A stretch of DNA of 63,361 bases, counting the filler, from Diploschistes diacapsis (Eukaryota), in the NCBI GenBank assembly GCA_023645945.1. It is 10 parts of 10 records of this genome, joined end to end, with 100 filler letters (N's around TTAATTAATTAA, not from the genome) between each part and the next. Parts side by side here need not be neighbours in the genome. Positions count along the whole stretch, not along the records: positions 27,839 to 51,594 come from JALAIB010000255.1; 9 more parts are not named here. One strand, given 5' to 3'. Numbering within the stretch: the stretch's first letter is position 1; the number at the start of each line of letters is the position of its first letter. Made by a program: the position numbers and the translations under genes. Positions 35,424-48,702 of this stretch are shown here, piece after piece. Below the pieces are notes generated by a model. It did no database searches. It saw nothing but the letters and a program-made list of their open reading frames with translations, and was not told the DNA's origin.

Positions 35424-38197
35424 ATGTATCTCGTGGCCAAGGAAGTGAGCATGCAGCGGGGGCATGTTTGAGCATTCAGCTAAAGAACCCATAGCTTGAT
35501 AAGCTCGTGATCTCTCAAGCAGGATTTCTAGCACAGCGGCGTCTAGCTCGAGGCGTCAAGCTGAACCATGCGGAAGCAACGGTAACCGATCTTCCTGGCC
35601 CAATTCGTCTTGCTGACCTTTATGTACATAGGCGTTGATTGCAAGCAATCTCCAAGAGGTGCGCAACAGAGCCTCGGGGTTTCAATTCAGGAATTGCTAA
35701 AGTCTATCTGATCAGCTCATCCGGGATGGCAATCATACAGTGGCGGACCTCATGTCCATTGGTACACAAATGCTTGGACGTCGCCATGTGCAGGCTTCAG
35801 TTGTATCCTCACTTACTGAGATGATGGTAGAAGGGACATTTCCCACAGGCACTTATCTAGTCACCGTCCATCATCCTATCAGCACGGACGATGGAGACCT
35901 ACACAAGGCACTTTTTGGGAGCTTCTTGCCCATACCGTCCCAAGCCCTTTTTCCTTTACCTGATCCATCCTCTTATGAGCCCTCAAGGCTTCCTGGAGCT
36001 GTGGTTCCTGTGAAAGAAGGCGAGATCGTGCTCAACGAGGGTAGGAAGAGGATTAGGTTGACTGTAACCAGTAAGGGTGACCGGCCCATTCAGGTCAGAC
36101 TCCAAAGTGTGGCGTGTTCCTAAACTGACCAGGCAGATTGGATCGCACTATCATTTCATTGAGACTAATCCGCAGCTCGAGTTTGACAGGCTCAAAGCCT
36201 ATGGCTATAGACTCGACATACCTGCTGGCACTTCGGTGCGGTTTGAGCCAGGCGACAGCAAGACTGTAACACTCGTCGAGATTGGCGGACATCGCATCAT
36301 TAATGGAGGCAACAACATCGCTTCGGGAGTCGTTGATGTCAGCAAAGCTGAGGATATCGCAATGAGATTGCAGGAAAGAGGCTTCGCCCACAAGTCTGAT
36401 GCTCGCAGAGACTCTGAGCACACGAACCCATTCACCATGTCGCGAGAGGCCTACGCAAACATGTTTGGTCCGACTACTGGAGATCGTGTTAGACTCGGAG
36501 CTACCGATTTGTGGATAACAGTTGAAAAGGACCTGACTACCTATGGGGATGAGTGTAAGTTTGGTGGCGGCAAAACACTCAGAGAAGGGATGGGTCAGGC
36601 AAGCGGCAGAACAGATTCCGAGTCCCTGGACACTGTCATCACAAACGCTCTCGTGGTCGATTGGACGGGGATATACAAAGCTGACATCGGCATCAAACAT
36701 GGAGTCATTGTCGGTATCGGTAAAGCTGGAAACCCAGATATTATAGAAGGTGTGGATCCTGCGCTTGTAGTTGGGTCTTGCACGGATGTTATAGCCGGTG
36801 AACACAGTATCATCACAGCTGGTGGTATTGACAGTCACATCCATCTCATATGTCCGCAACAGGCATATGAGTCAGTTGCCGCCGGTATCACCACAATGCT
36901 TGGTGGAGGAACAGGGCCAAGCACGGCTACGAATGCGACAACGTGCACGCCAGGGAAAGAGCACATGAGGCACATGCTGCAAGCTTGCGATGCCCTTCCA
37001 ATTAACTATGGCATCACTGGCAAGGGCAATGATAGTAGCCCACAAGGCCTTCAAGAACAGTGCATTGCTGGTGCAGCCGGCCTGAAGCTCCACGAGGATT
37101 GGGGCACTACTCCAGCGGCGATCGATACCTGTCTCAGCGTTTGCGACGAGTACGACGTACAGTGTCTCATCCATACAGATACGCTGAATGAGTCTGGCTT
37201 TGTGGAGCAGACCATCAAAGCGTTCCAGGACCGGACTATTCACACTTACCATACTGAGGGTGCAGGAGGCGGTCACGCCCCTGATATCATTTCTGTGGTC
37301 GAACACCCTAATGTCCTCCCATCATCAACCAATCCCACTCGTCCCTATACCAACAATACATTGGATGAGCATTTGGACATGCTGATGGTTTGTCATCATC
37401 TATCGAGATCAATTCCAGAAGATGTTGCCTTCGCAGAATCCCGCATTCGTGCTGAGACCATTGCTGCCGAAGACGTTCTTCACGACCTCGGAGCAATTAG
37501 CATGATGTCTTCCGACTCTCAAGCCATGGGCCGCTGCGGCGAAGTTATATTGCGCACTTGGAATACCGCACAAAAGAACAAGACCCAACGTGGTACGCTC
37601 AAAGAAGACGAAGGTACCAATGCCGATAATTTTCGCGTGAAGCGCTATATCAGCAAATACACCGTTAACCCGGCCATCGCGCAGGGCATGTATCAGGTGC
37701 TCGGCAGCGTCGAAGTTGGTAAGCTGGCAGACCTCGTGCTCTGGAAACCGGCAAACTTCGGCACGAAGCCAAGCATGGTGATTAAGAGTGGGATGATATC
37801 CTACGCACAAATGGGAGATCCTAACGCTAGTATACCGACCGTTGAGCCGATGATCATGCGGCCCATGTTTGGGTCTTTTGTTCCGCAGACTTCGATCACG
37901 TTCGTGTCCAAGGCATCTATCGAGACCGGTACGGTAGCGACTTATGGCTTACGGAAGCGTATCGAGCCCGTTCAGAATTGCAGGAAGATTGGAAAGAAGG
38001 ACATGAAGTATAACGATACCATGCCAAAGATGCACGTAGATCCTGAAAGATACGTACGTGTTCCCCCTTTAGTCAGACTGGTTTTCGTATCCGCTAATAC
38101 GGTATACCCCTCTTAGATTGTGAAGGCGGACGGCGAGGTTTGTAGCGCGGAGCCAGCGGAAAAGCTACCCCTGACGCAAGGGTACTATATATATTAA
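35424..38197 (+). CDS. ure1: Urease (fused gamma-beta-alpha)
   Basis: Starts [34 protein letters not shown]. Ni-site motifs [35 protein letters not shown] and SSDSQAMGR. Introns 35445-35494, 35582-35631, 35659-35715, 36094-36136, 38054-38116. Confidence 0.98.
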
Positions 38198-39025
38198 TTC
38201 CGATGAAGCGTTACAAGATTTGGAGCGCGTTTGACCACCACGATAACGAGCTTCGCCTATATAGGCCTTTTTAACTCTTGTTCTGGCACTGACTTACTTT
38301 GTGGAGTGTTTCTACATTCATCGAAGATAAAACATTAACGAGAGAACTGCCCGAGGCGATCCATTGTCAACCTCGTGCAGCCAACTTCTTGAGAAGCCCA
38401 TGGCCGGTGATGAATATTCCAACAATGAAAGTGGCTCACGTAGCTTGGCTGGGTCAATCTCGGCTTGTGCCGCTGCATTGAAATGCAAGATCATCCTTCA
38501 TCTTCCACCATTGCTTCCTTGGAATCTATCGTCGAGCGACCCAGGAATGCCACGGAAATCTTTACACTCAAAACGACTGGTGATGATCGGAAGCATTCTG
38601 TACCTCCTTCCTAACAGTTTCGTTCAAAATGAGATGATACCGACAATCTAGTTTGGATATACTAGTTGCCTCCGTAGAGCTGCCATGTCGTCAAGGCTTA
38701 TAGACCCTAGTGTTTATAATTGACAGATTGCAGCTATCGGTCGGTCTATGCCATCCTGGGCTACCCTCATCTCTCAATTCTTGAATATAGCAGATGAATG
38801 GATGCCTTTATCTCGCTAGGGCGTCTGCCTTTTCTTATTATCTCATATTACACCGAGGAAGATATTGGATATATATATGTTTGGCATTTTGATTCCTTTC
38901 TTCTCGTCTTGCTTTTCACGAGAACAGGGTTACTAAGTACCTTCCCAGGGCTCCCTTCCTCGGTCATTCGTTACCCAGCTCTTGATTCGAGTCTTTTACC
39001 CAGCAAAAAGATCCTGCCTTTCACA

Positions 39026-40034
39026 ATGCCCACAACCTTCCGATCGTTGACCATCTTGGCGCTCATCACTGCTGCCACAGCTGACTCTGGAACTGGCACA
39101 ATTAACCCGCTGCTGGGATTGTTGCAAGCCCCAGCTGCGCCTGGAACGATCTCTCCACCCTCGGCATTGAGTCCTCCGTCATCTCCCGTGACATCAACGA
39201 CCAGCACTTGAGTACAAACATCGACCAGTCCGGATGCAACAGAGGTATTGCTTACATGTGCTCTGACCAGTCCCCTTGGCAAGTCAGCGATGACCTCGCC
39301 AACGGCTTCGCGGCCATTAGCTTGGCCAGCCAGAGCTGTTGCCAGGCTTACGAAATTACCTTCACAAGCACTGCCATCTCGGCCAAAAAGATGATTGTTC
39401 AGGCTACCAATACTGATGATTATGTTGGGGCCATCTAGTTCGATTCAGCGTTACCCGTGGGAGTTGTTTGGTCTATTCAACGCTTGAACTGACCAATGTA
39501 ACGCCATTTCATCCGTTTAGGGGCGCTCAGTACAGCAGCCCTTCAACCGACGCCTGCAGTGACTTTTCCCTGCGCTCTGCAGCCAGGCTGTCAATTTGGC
39601 TGAGGCGCTTTCTTTCAGGGCGCGCATGACCCAACCGTGAACTGGCAGAGCTGGCGCAAAAATCGGGCTGCACCCGTACCGGCGACACGCCTATGGCTAG
39701 CGTTGCTGCTTCTTTGTCCGCTGCTACGGCCACCGGCGCCTGCGCCGTCTCTTCAGCCCCTGTTGGATCCTCGACGACTGCCGCTACAGATATTTCATCT
39801 TCTAGTCGCACTATCTCCTCGTCATTAGTGTCAGCTTCATCACCTGCACCAATCTCGCCTTCGCCGTCCGCTTCTTCTGTGCCCAGCAACCCTATCTCAA
39901 GCATGTTATCGACGATTTTGTCTGCTAGCTCAACCACTTCGGCTCCGGAGCCGACGGAGACTGGTGAAGACGAGTGTGACTCCGGGTTTGATGATGTACG
40001 AATGGGCTTATTGGTGGTTATGGTTGTTGCATAG
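39026..40034 (+). pseudogene. GH45 endoglucanase pseudogene
   Basis: Signal peptide, then a frameshifted T-R-C-W-D-C-C-K-P-S-C-A-W motif at ~39105-39145. MCSDQSPWQVSDDLANGFAA...CCQAYEITFT...KKMIVQATNT follows. Stop codons at 39209 and 39436. Ser/Thr-rich tail. Confidence 0.85.
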
Positions 40035-40528
40035 AGGGCCTACAGTAGAGGGATATGGGAAACATTAACTTGTGTTGTATGTATTGGGCGTATGGATAGT
40101 GGTTAAAGGGTATAGTATACACACACTGGCAGCGCAGCCTTAGCTTGAGAGGAGCTGCGGATATGCCGCTCATTCCTATCCTCGCTGTTTGTCTTATGCT
40201 GCTCGTGTGATTTCTTATCTGTAGGTGAATTACTCGCAACTTATATCTTGGTTGCGGTCATAACTCCGTGTAAGCGGCTACCTCGTCCAGAGCAGCCCTA
40301 ATAAACACAGCATTGTTCAGCTCGAGATAAGAAGATAGAAGCATAAGCTCTTATTAGGGTTGGGGAAAGTTGCTTGCTCGCTTTGGCGGGGGAGCTCTGA
40401 AATTTAGGTACGGGGGAAGAAGCTACAGTTCGCTTTTCATTCCGTTCCATTATTCAGGCCATGTCAATGCTTAAGTTCTACGAGCTAAATTCAGCACTTT
40501 CCTTACAGACTGTGCTCAGCTATTCGAA

Positions 40529-41533
40529 ATGCCTACCCCTTTAACCTTCAAAGGCGACAAGAAATCCTCCAAATCCAAAAAGCGCAAACATCCCTCCACC
40601 GACCTGAGCCCAGATGCCTCCCTTGGCGTCACCCACATAACCTCATCCAAAGCTCCCGGGCCGGATACGGCATCCTCCCATCCGGCAGACACAGCTGTAG
40701 AAGAAGACGATACCTGGGTCTCCGCCGACCATGCTTCCGACTTGGCCGGGCCCATTATAATAGTCCTGCCGTCGGAGCCACTGAGCTGTGTCTCAAGCGA
40801 TGCGAATGGAACTGTGTTTGCCATAGAGTTGGAGAACTTGGTTGAGGGGGATCCCGGAACCGCCGAGCCACATGATGTTAGGCAAGTGTGGGTTGCGCAG
40901 AAGGTGGCGGGCACAGGGGACGGGTTAATTAGTTTCAAGGGTGGGAGCGGGAAGTGAGTTTTCCTCTTCGCCTTTCGTTGGCAAGCTCAGTCGGAAGCAA
41001 AATATCTTCAAACATACCAACATCAAGCGTCAGAAGCTGGCTGATATCCAGGGCCTTTCAGATACCTAGCCGTCGACAAGTTCGGCATCCTTTCCGCCAG
41101 CCGCGAAGCCATTTCCCCCGAGGAGCAATTCACCGTCGTTCCTTCCCCGGACACGCCTGGTACCTTTGCGATACAAACTCAGCGCAACACATTCATCTCC
41201 ATCACCCCGTCTACCACTTCTTCGAAGACCAAACCAAGCTCTGCTGCCTCGGTCGCCACCCTACCGGAAATCCGCGGGGACGCGGAATCCATAGATTTCA
41301 GCGCGACATTCCGCATCCGTATGCAGGCGCGGTTCAAGCCAAGGAACAAGGCGCACAAGGAACAGAAAGCTAGGGAGAAGGTTAGCAGGAAAGAGCTGGA
41401 GGAGGCGGTGGGGAGAAGGCTGGATGAGGAGGAGGTTAGGAAGTTGAAGAAGGCAAGGAGGGAGGGTAATTTTCATGAGGTAGTGCTGGATACGAGGGTT
41501 AAAGGGAAACATGACAAGTTTGCGAGCTTTTGA
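40529..41533 (+). CDS. FRG1: FRG1-like protein
   Basis: LTFKGDKK, AEPHDVRQVWVA and RMQARFKP...HEVVLDTRVKGKHDKF motifs. Intron ~40954-41060. Confidence 0.9.
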
Positions 41534-42808
41534 AACGCTTCAGGATCGCCCACCTTGTAGGCGCTCACAACCCGTGAAGAAGAAAGTGTCCATATGGAAC
41601 ATCAGGGCCAGAGCCGCTCCATCGTGTCTCTAATATAGCATTCGGAGGACGTTTCGATCAGACATCTTCGGTCACTGTGGTCAACCCGTTATTCCTGCTG
41701 GAGCTGCAATCTCGTGACTACAATTTCACCTCTTTTCTCAACCCAATCTAGAAACCTCGTCAAGTTCGTCACATTCAACGTCTACATTCGGCTCAAGGGC
41801 GCTTCAACTTCACGTGCGTTCAAGTTGGCTACAGCCTCACCAACTCTACCGGTGATGTCTCCTCCCCATGTTATCTTCGATCAAGGGGACCGTCCTTGAA
41901 ACTTTCTTGTCTGTGCGGCGTAAGTCATACCCCTCCCCTGCTGGCCTTTTGCACATTGAAGGACACCCTGACCATTTGCTCAGCTGCATGTGTATGGTGC
42001 TAGCGATCTGTATTACTGGTCATTGGTATGAATTTGGTGGAGGGGCAGTTATTAGCCTGTCCATGGCGTTAGCCACCAATATGATCATTAAGTTCGACAG
42101 GGTTATGGAGGCCGAAGATGCTGAAGGGTGCGAAGGACGCGACCCTCGTCTTGTTCACATCAACTTGATGAAGGAGAAGGGGCGTCGCGGTAGATAGTCA
42201 TAGACAGCCACGTTTGGGCGACCGTTCCGGTGAGGAAGAAGCGCTCCTTTGACCCATGTCACGGCGCAGATATCACTAACTATTCACAGTGGATACTGGC
42301 TAGCAGAAGTTTAACGGTGAAACCGAATGAGAACTTGAATCTGGAAACGAGACGATCGGTCAATCTTTTCTGTTTTTGCGATCGACAGTTTAGTCCTATG
42401 TTTCTCGCCTTTCTTTGTCTATTTGGCAGGATCTCTTGAGTGATGTCTGGTCCCAAAAGAGCCTCCATAGCGGATATCACTTGTTTTCGCAAGGGAGTCT
42501 TATCATGTTAACTTCTGTGGCGTGCAATTTCCTCGCAGGTTTTATAGAACAAGCTTCTCTTACGTTGAGGTCGCAAGTTACCATTTCCGGCATTCCAAAG
42601 GTAAGTGTGTCTGCGCTCTCTTGTAGCTGCCACGATGACTCCACGTTTTTCCTTTGTATTACTTTGGTGTGGTCTACAAGGCCTCTGAGCAAGTAAGGTA
42701 CCTCACTTCACTTCTTTCCTTCTTTTCATTTGCCGCGGTCGGAGATGATTTCTTCCCTTCAGCACTCTACTATTCAACTGTGATGCATTAGGGCCAGAAA
42801 TAGGAACT

Positions 42809-44074
42809 ATGCTTAATTCACCCACATCTACCAGCATTATTCCTCGTCCCCTCTATGCCGGCTCCGAAAGTGTCTCTCTAATACTCCCAACAATCACAGT
42901 CACTTGCCCTTCAGAAGAGAACCTGGCCCGCCACGTCTCAAGTTTCACGTCCACAACAAAGGTCTCGTCATCTTCAACTGCTGACTCTGACCCAGGCGTG
43001 ATCATGGCCTTCAGCTCTATCTCCAAGAAAAAGAACCACATCTCCTCGAAACACCCGCAGGGTCTGTCTCCGCTTCTCCGGCTCCCAGCTGAGCTGAGGC
43101 AGCAAATTGTGGCGGAAATCCTACCGGCCAAGGAAGTAATAAGCTACAAATGCCCACTTGGTGCGCTTAGAATTGACAAGAAGTCCGTTCACATGATTAG
43201 CGACAGTCGTGGGATTCATAGACATCGTGGATGCGGCAGCGGACCTGGCTGGAGCTGCATGCATTATCACGTAGGGAGGAGGTTGGATATTATGAGAGTA
43301 TGCAAATTGCTCTACGAGGACTGCTTGGAGGTGCTCTATGCATTGGGAACCTTCGAACTAGAGATTCACAGTACTCCTTGGGCTTGTAATGCAGGGGTAT
43401 GGGCGGCAAGTCTAGGCGCCTCTTGGAGCATGTCTCTTAAGGACCCTAATTGGTACTCGTCTCCTCAAACTTATTGCAAAGCTCCTACCAAGTATAAGAA
43501 CGACAACGACAGAGAGGCGTTCGCACGTTTACCTTGGGGAAGGATGAAATGTGTAAGGTTTTTGATAGACGGAAACATTTTATTACACTGCACTAGTGAA
43601 AAACCACTTGCTCGGAACTCACCAATCAATACGCTCTCCGGGGCTCTGGAATGGGTCTGCGGTGTGCTTGCTGTCGTGGAGGGCGGAGTCAGGAGAATCG
43701 AGCTCCTTTTCTGTCTAGATGAAAGTCTTCTCCGGGGTAGGTCAGGAATGAATCAGCAATACCTGAGACTGATATTGGCCCCTATCGCTTGTTTGCAGGG
43801 CACAATTGGGACATGGGGAGTTGGTTTAAACCTTGCACTTGATGGCGGTATATTGGATTTCCGAAGTGAAGTACATGAAGGAACAGAAGAGGTAGCATGT
43901 TCGGAAGGTAACAATCCGAAAAGGCTTGATGCGAGCTCAAAATTCAGAGTGCAGAGCAGGGATATGAGTTCTACGGCATTGACAGTAGAAACGGTTATGG
44001 GCGAACTCTTGGACATGTTCAGTGTCGAAGAGAAGGCAGAGCATGGTAAGAGGATCAAGGCCGAGAAGAAATAG
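42809..44074 (+). CDS. Hypothetical protein with F-box-like (SPLLRLPAELR) motif
   Basis: 421-aa intronless ORF with SPLLRLPAELRQQI...IMRVCKLLYEDCLEVLY. Confidence 0.65.
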   Translation: MLNSPTSTSIIPRPLYAGSESVSLILPTITVTCPSEENLARHVSSFTSTTKVSSSSTADSDPGVIMAFSSISKKKNHISSKHPQGLSPLLRLPAELRQQIVAEILPAKEVISYKCPLGALRIDKKSVHMISDSRGIHRHRGCGSGPGWSCMHYHVGRRLDIMRVCKLLYEDCLEVLYALGTFELEIHSTPWACNAGVWAASLGASWSMSLKDPNWYSSPQTYCKAPTKYKNDNDREAFARLPWGRMKCVRFLIDGNILLHCTSEKPLARNSPINTLSGALEWVCGVLAVVEGGVRRIELLFCLDESLLRGRSGMNQQYLRLILAPIACLQGTIGTWGVGLNLALDGGILDFRSEVHEGTEEVACSEGNNPKRLDASSKFRVQSRDMSSTALTVETVMGELLDMFSVEEKAEHGKRIKAEKK

Positions 44075-44741
44075 GGGATGAGTGCCGACCATCAGCGAGT
44101 AATCGATTAGAGGGCGCTAGCTGGGCGGTTGCTGCATACTCGGGGATCACTATAGGAAAGAAGACGGATACTAATATATCACATGGCAGTCAATGAAGAA
44201 GAGTGAACGTAAAGTGCTTATCGGCAGGTGGATGGGCAGAACCCTGCGGACTATGGTCAAAGCCCATAACTGTTTGACGGTCAAGCTGTCCAAAGCCTTC
44301 AGAAGACAAAATCACCATGCTTTTCTACCTTGGTTCTCTACATGCTTCTATGTTGGCGATAGATTTAGACGCGGACAGCAGGTTTTGACGTACCCGGGAA
44401 ACGTACGAAATTAATGTTCATCAAGATCTCATTCGAGAGCGTTCAGTATCTAGCACAATTCCAAGGGGAGTAGTACCCATTGCCTTTTTGTATGCAGCAG
44501 CAATCAGACAACATCTGCTGAACACTAAAGTGTCCAGTAGGTTTGATTTGAAGTCCTTTCTCGGAAGCCGATCACAGGGTAACCTACGTTATCACCTCTT
44601 CACTCACATGCAGGGTGTATAGAGTACGGGGGACATACATTCGAATTTCTTATCGGATCAGAGGCCTGGACATTAAATGCGGCGCACATGCTATCCCATC
44701 GATCAAGATATATCTCAGATTCCCAACATTCCACATCCAGC

Positions 44742-46028
44742 ATGAACGCGCAATCAGACAAAGTCACTCCCTCGCAAGGAGCGATCACGGTCAGCCTCAA
44801 GGAGCTCGAATCAGGTGCGCCTCCATCTCCTTGCCGGCTGCCCCTGCATTAGCCTGACGCGCATCATCCGCTCATAAGCTTCAGGTTCAGTTGAGTTCGA
44901 GACTCTCGAGGAGGCGTTTGGCCCATCTTCGCTAGGAGTTATCATCGTAAAAGGCCTTCCGGAACGATTCAAGATCTTAAGGCAAGAGCTGCTGAGTTAT
45001 GCTTCGCTTCTAGCCAATCTGCCTTCCGGCACTTTAGGTCAGGGAGACTCTCATCTGTGTCGCATCTACATCTACGCACAACAGCACCTCACATGTCGCT
45101 AGATTCCCTTACTTGCCCTCGAGCAAAGTACCTCGTCGGCTGGTCTCACGGCAAGGAGAGTCTTCGGCCAGGTGTCTCTGATACGCTAAAGGGCTCCTAC
45201 TATGTGAACTGTGCATTCTACCACGACACCTCTATCTCTGCAGCGCCAGCCGCCTCTTTCCCCGATCTTCCCGAATACACCACGCCGAACATCTGGCCAT
45301 TCGAAGATCTGCTGCCCGGCTTTCGCGCCACGTTCCAGGAGCTCTGCACGCTGATCATCGACACCGCCGTCCTCGTTGCGCGGGCCTGCGACCGCTACGG
45401 CAAAGCGAATGTTCCTCACTACCAGCAGGGCTACCTTGAGCGCGTAGTCCAAACAAGCTTCACCACTAAAGCTCGGCTACTGCATTATTTCCCTCCGGCA
45501 CCATCTACCAGGCAGGCAGAATCTACCGAAGATAGCACAGACGGTCGAACTCCGGACGCCGCCAATGGCGCTGAGAATGACGACGACTGGTGCGCTACCC
45601 ATCTCGACCACGGCTGCCTGACAGGCCTCACGTCCGCACTCTTCGTCGACGAGTCCAAGCCCCTGCCCTCCTTCCTACCGCCTAGCTATTCTCATACCGA
45701 CTTGCCCCCCGTGCCCTACCTCGCGGCATCCCCCGACCCACGCGCAGGCCTTTACATCCGCTCCCGCACTGGCACGACTACCAAAATCTCCATCCCCTCC
45801 GATTGCCTTGCGTTTCAGACGGGAGAGGCTCTGGAGAAGATCACGTGCGGCCGGTTCAGGGCGGTGCCGCATTTTGTGCGCGCTGGAGGCAAGGGCATGG
45901 AGGGCGTGGCAAGGAACACATTGGCGGTGTTCACGCAACCGAACCTGGGGGAGGTGGTGGATCCGGAGACTGGGATGACCTTTGCAGAGTTTGCGAGGGG
46001 GGTTGTGGGGAGGAATACTGTACGATAA
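44742..46028 (+). CDS. 2OG-Fe(II) oxygenase (clavaminate synthase/IPNS-like)
   Basis: Three exons (introns ~44815-44884 and ~45038-45102). Motifs GWSHGKE, ARLLHYFP, WCATHLDHGCLT (HxD) and RAVPHFV. Confidence 0.88.
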
Positions 46029-47763
46029 GTGGGAAGTAGAATGATAGCTGTCCAGAGGGGCTCCAGCGTCTTGGGCAATATATTAATGAGTATTCCGAAC
46101 CGGACATATCCTATTTCTGGTAAGGCAGCGTATCAAATCAATGACATAGTTGGAGAGACAAGCGGATCAATTTTGGACCAAGAAGAGAATAGCTGGATAG
46201 AGTTTCCTAAAAGCCTTGTATGATATACACGAAGGAATCGCTCCAGGAAGCTCAGGAGCCAGGACTTAAGACGCTTCCCTGGTTTCAGCTTTATCTACCC
46301 TAAATGAATGGATGCAGAGGAATTTGTGAGATGTGTGCTGAGAAATAGCCATCCATGCTTACATACGTAAGCGGTGGACAGGTGCTTTGTTAAAATTGCA
46401 TACCTCGCCCTCCTTTCGACGGATTGTTCAAGCTTATCATAAAGAAGCTTTCCCAGAGACGAGGAAGCGTGAGGTGCGCTTTTATAAGGCAATGGAGAGT
46501 TCCACCATAGGTTGAGCCGCTCAAAACAGGCACAGCAGAAAGAGAGAGCGAACAAGGTCAGAATCAGAGCCACGTAGGCGGACGGATCTGCAGGCACACC
46601 AGCTGCATAGCGTGCACGACGTTGCCGACCACTGAAAAGCTACAGGAGCTGTCCCACTGCTGACTGAACACTGGAACGACTGCATTTAAACGCCTTCTCT
46701 TTGTTTCAATATCGAATGAATGATTGCATCTTGCCTGCAGCACAATCAGGGTTACTGTCTCCGCTGTAAGGGGCGACAGGCATGACAGGCATGACAGGCA
46801 TACATACGGTAGCACAGCTTTTTACAACAATGGAGCGATGATCTAGCCTACCTGCTTACTGGACTTAGTATCAAGGGATCATGCGGGGGATAAAATGGTG
46901 TTATGGTGATATACAATACTATATTTTCTGCCCTGGACAGCCCATGCTGCATCCATCCACGTCGTCTGTGTCTGTACGGGTAACAGGTGACCACCAGCCC
47001 AGCCCATCGTGTCGACTGCACATCACTTACTTATATTTCCTCGATCACAAACAGAAAATACAAAGGACAGAATGCGACAGAACAAAGCCTGAGTGACATC
47101 CGCATCATAACAATAATAACGATAACGTGCTGCTTCAAGTTCGCGTGAGATGGAAAACAAGTACTGTTAGGTACCCAGTGAATTGGCCCACATGACAGTC
47201 TCTCCTCTCACTCATCTCCCTCTCGTGAGCTTATCCACGAGTGCCATCATCATCGTTCTTCTGCTTCTTCTGCTTCTTCTTCTTCTTCTTCTTCCTCTTC
47301 TTTTCTTCGTCGCATTTGATCAAGTCCTTAAAAGTACATTTCAAAAGTCTCTCTTCTATCTTATCAACTCCATTCGTTTACATCTTTCCTATTCCACCAA
47401 CGAGACTGGAACGCATGTCTACGCTACGCAGATGGGCCACTTGCAAGACGTACCACCCCAGCATTCCAGTGAGTAACCTGTTCCAGTGTCTGCAGTATCG
47501 TCGTGTTAACATGGTGTAGCAGTTTGAGTCAGTCTGAAGTTGGTGATAAAGAATTCACGAACGGCCCCAGCAGTGAATGCATAGCGTACCGTGCATAGCC
47601 ATTCTTCCCACGGCTAAAAGCCTCATTTTTTTCATTCCCAGCTTTGCCGCCCACTCGTCTAGTATTTAAGGTCTCTGGACTTCAAGCGCTCGTCCTGGAT
47701 CTCTTACTCGCTATATGCCTGGCCCAGGAAGGTTACCGATATTAGTGCGATTACCTCCCTGTC

Positions 47764-48702
47764 ATGCACAAACCATCCATCGACAAGCTGGTTCACCGGT
47801 ACCTGTTCCCGAATCCGAAGCCTAGCGATCCTACAGACTTTCACGATTTCGTCCGGAAGCACATCGTTCCGGAGGTCCGCCATGAGATAATTCGATACTA
47901 TGGATCTGTTGGTTGCCTTGAATCACAATACCCAGGCCTGGATTATTCCAGTAACAGAGGTCATCGGCTTCGCTTAAGCCAGTTCAAGTGGCACCGGAGG
48001 CTCTTTTCTGCCTTTGATGACCTGCGTCTAACCAGGGGAGAAGTCTACATGCTGTGTAAATGGGAAGGCACGAAATGGGCAAAAGACAAGTATCAACGAG
48101 ATCACGACTGCGTCATCCGAGACACCACTTGGGACGGCATTCCAGCTGTGGAACCTCGGAGGCCTTTGACGGTTACCAGAGGCATCTATGTGGAGGGAAA
48201 GAACGGCAACCTTGTTCAGACCCGTAGTGGTTATGGATCCAAACACCCCATCTGTAGGATGGACCTCGACGGGCACGCCGATGAAGAGTCTGAGCAAGAC
48301 AGCACTGATGAGTTCATGGCACGGACCATGGGCACGGCTTTGAGGAGGCATCTTCGTCCAAGACCAGTCTCGCAGTACACAAGCAATCAAGGCGGCATGG
48401 ATCCAGCTTGGGACCAGTGGCTGAAAGACGCAACAGAGCGCGGCACTATCCCCTCCATGTCGGAGCTGGGCTCGAGCAGCCGGCTGGCAGCTTACCAAGC
48501 TCACATTCCAGCACATTACGCTTTTGCAACCCCAATCTATCACTATGGCCCCTACAGCCCGGCTCAGCCAACCTTTTCTCCAACCACCACAACCTACCAT
48601 CAGCCTCCGATGCCTCTGCCTATCCCATATCCCGGTCCATACCCACTAAGCTCTTACTCGGCACGTTCGTCACGGCACCATAGAGCACGTACTTTCCGAT
48701 AA
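47764..48702 (+). CDS. Fungal hypothetical protein
   Basis: 312-aa ORF with a globular-looking N-terminus (YPGLDY, WHRRLF, CKWEGT) and a Pro/Tyr-rich tail. Confidence 0.75.
   Translation: MHKPSIDKLVHRYLFPNPKPSDPTDFHDFVRKHIVPEVRHEIIRYYGSVGCLESQYPGLDYSSNRGHRLRLSQFKWHRRLFSAFDDLRLTRGEVYMLCKWEGTKWAKDKYQRDHDCVIRDTTWDGIPAVEPRRPLTVTRGIYVEGKNGNLVQTRSGYGSKHPICRMDLDGHADEESEQDSTDEFMARTMGTALRRHLRPRPVSQYTSNQGGMDPAWDQWLKDATERGTIPSMSELGSSSRLAAYQAHIPAHYAFATPIYHYGPYSPAQPTFSPTTTTYHQPPMPLPIPYPGPYPLSSYSARSSRHHRARTFR

Noticed and set aside
35424..38197. Urease cluster or horizontal transfer
   Set aside because: It is a normal fused fungal urease with five introns and no adjacent accessory genes.
41714..42696. 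Short ORFs between FRG1 and the 42809 gene
   Set aside because: No family similarity was recognised, so they are likely intergenic or too degraded to call.
46295..46815. Small membrane-protein ORFs on the minus strand
   Set aside because: They have non-ATG starts and no recognisable motif, and I could not build a coherent spliced model.
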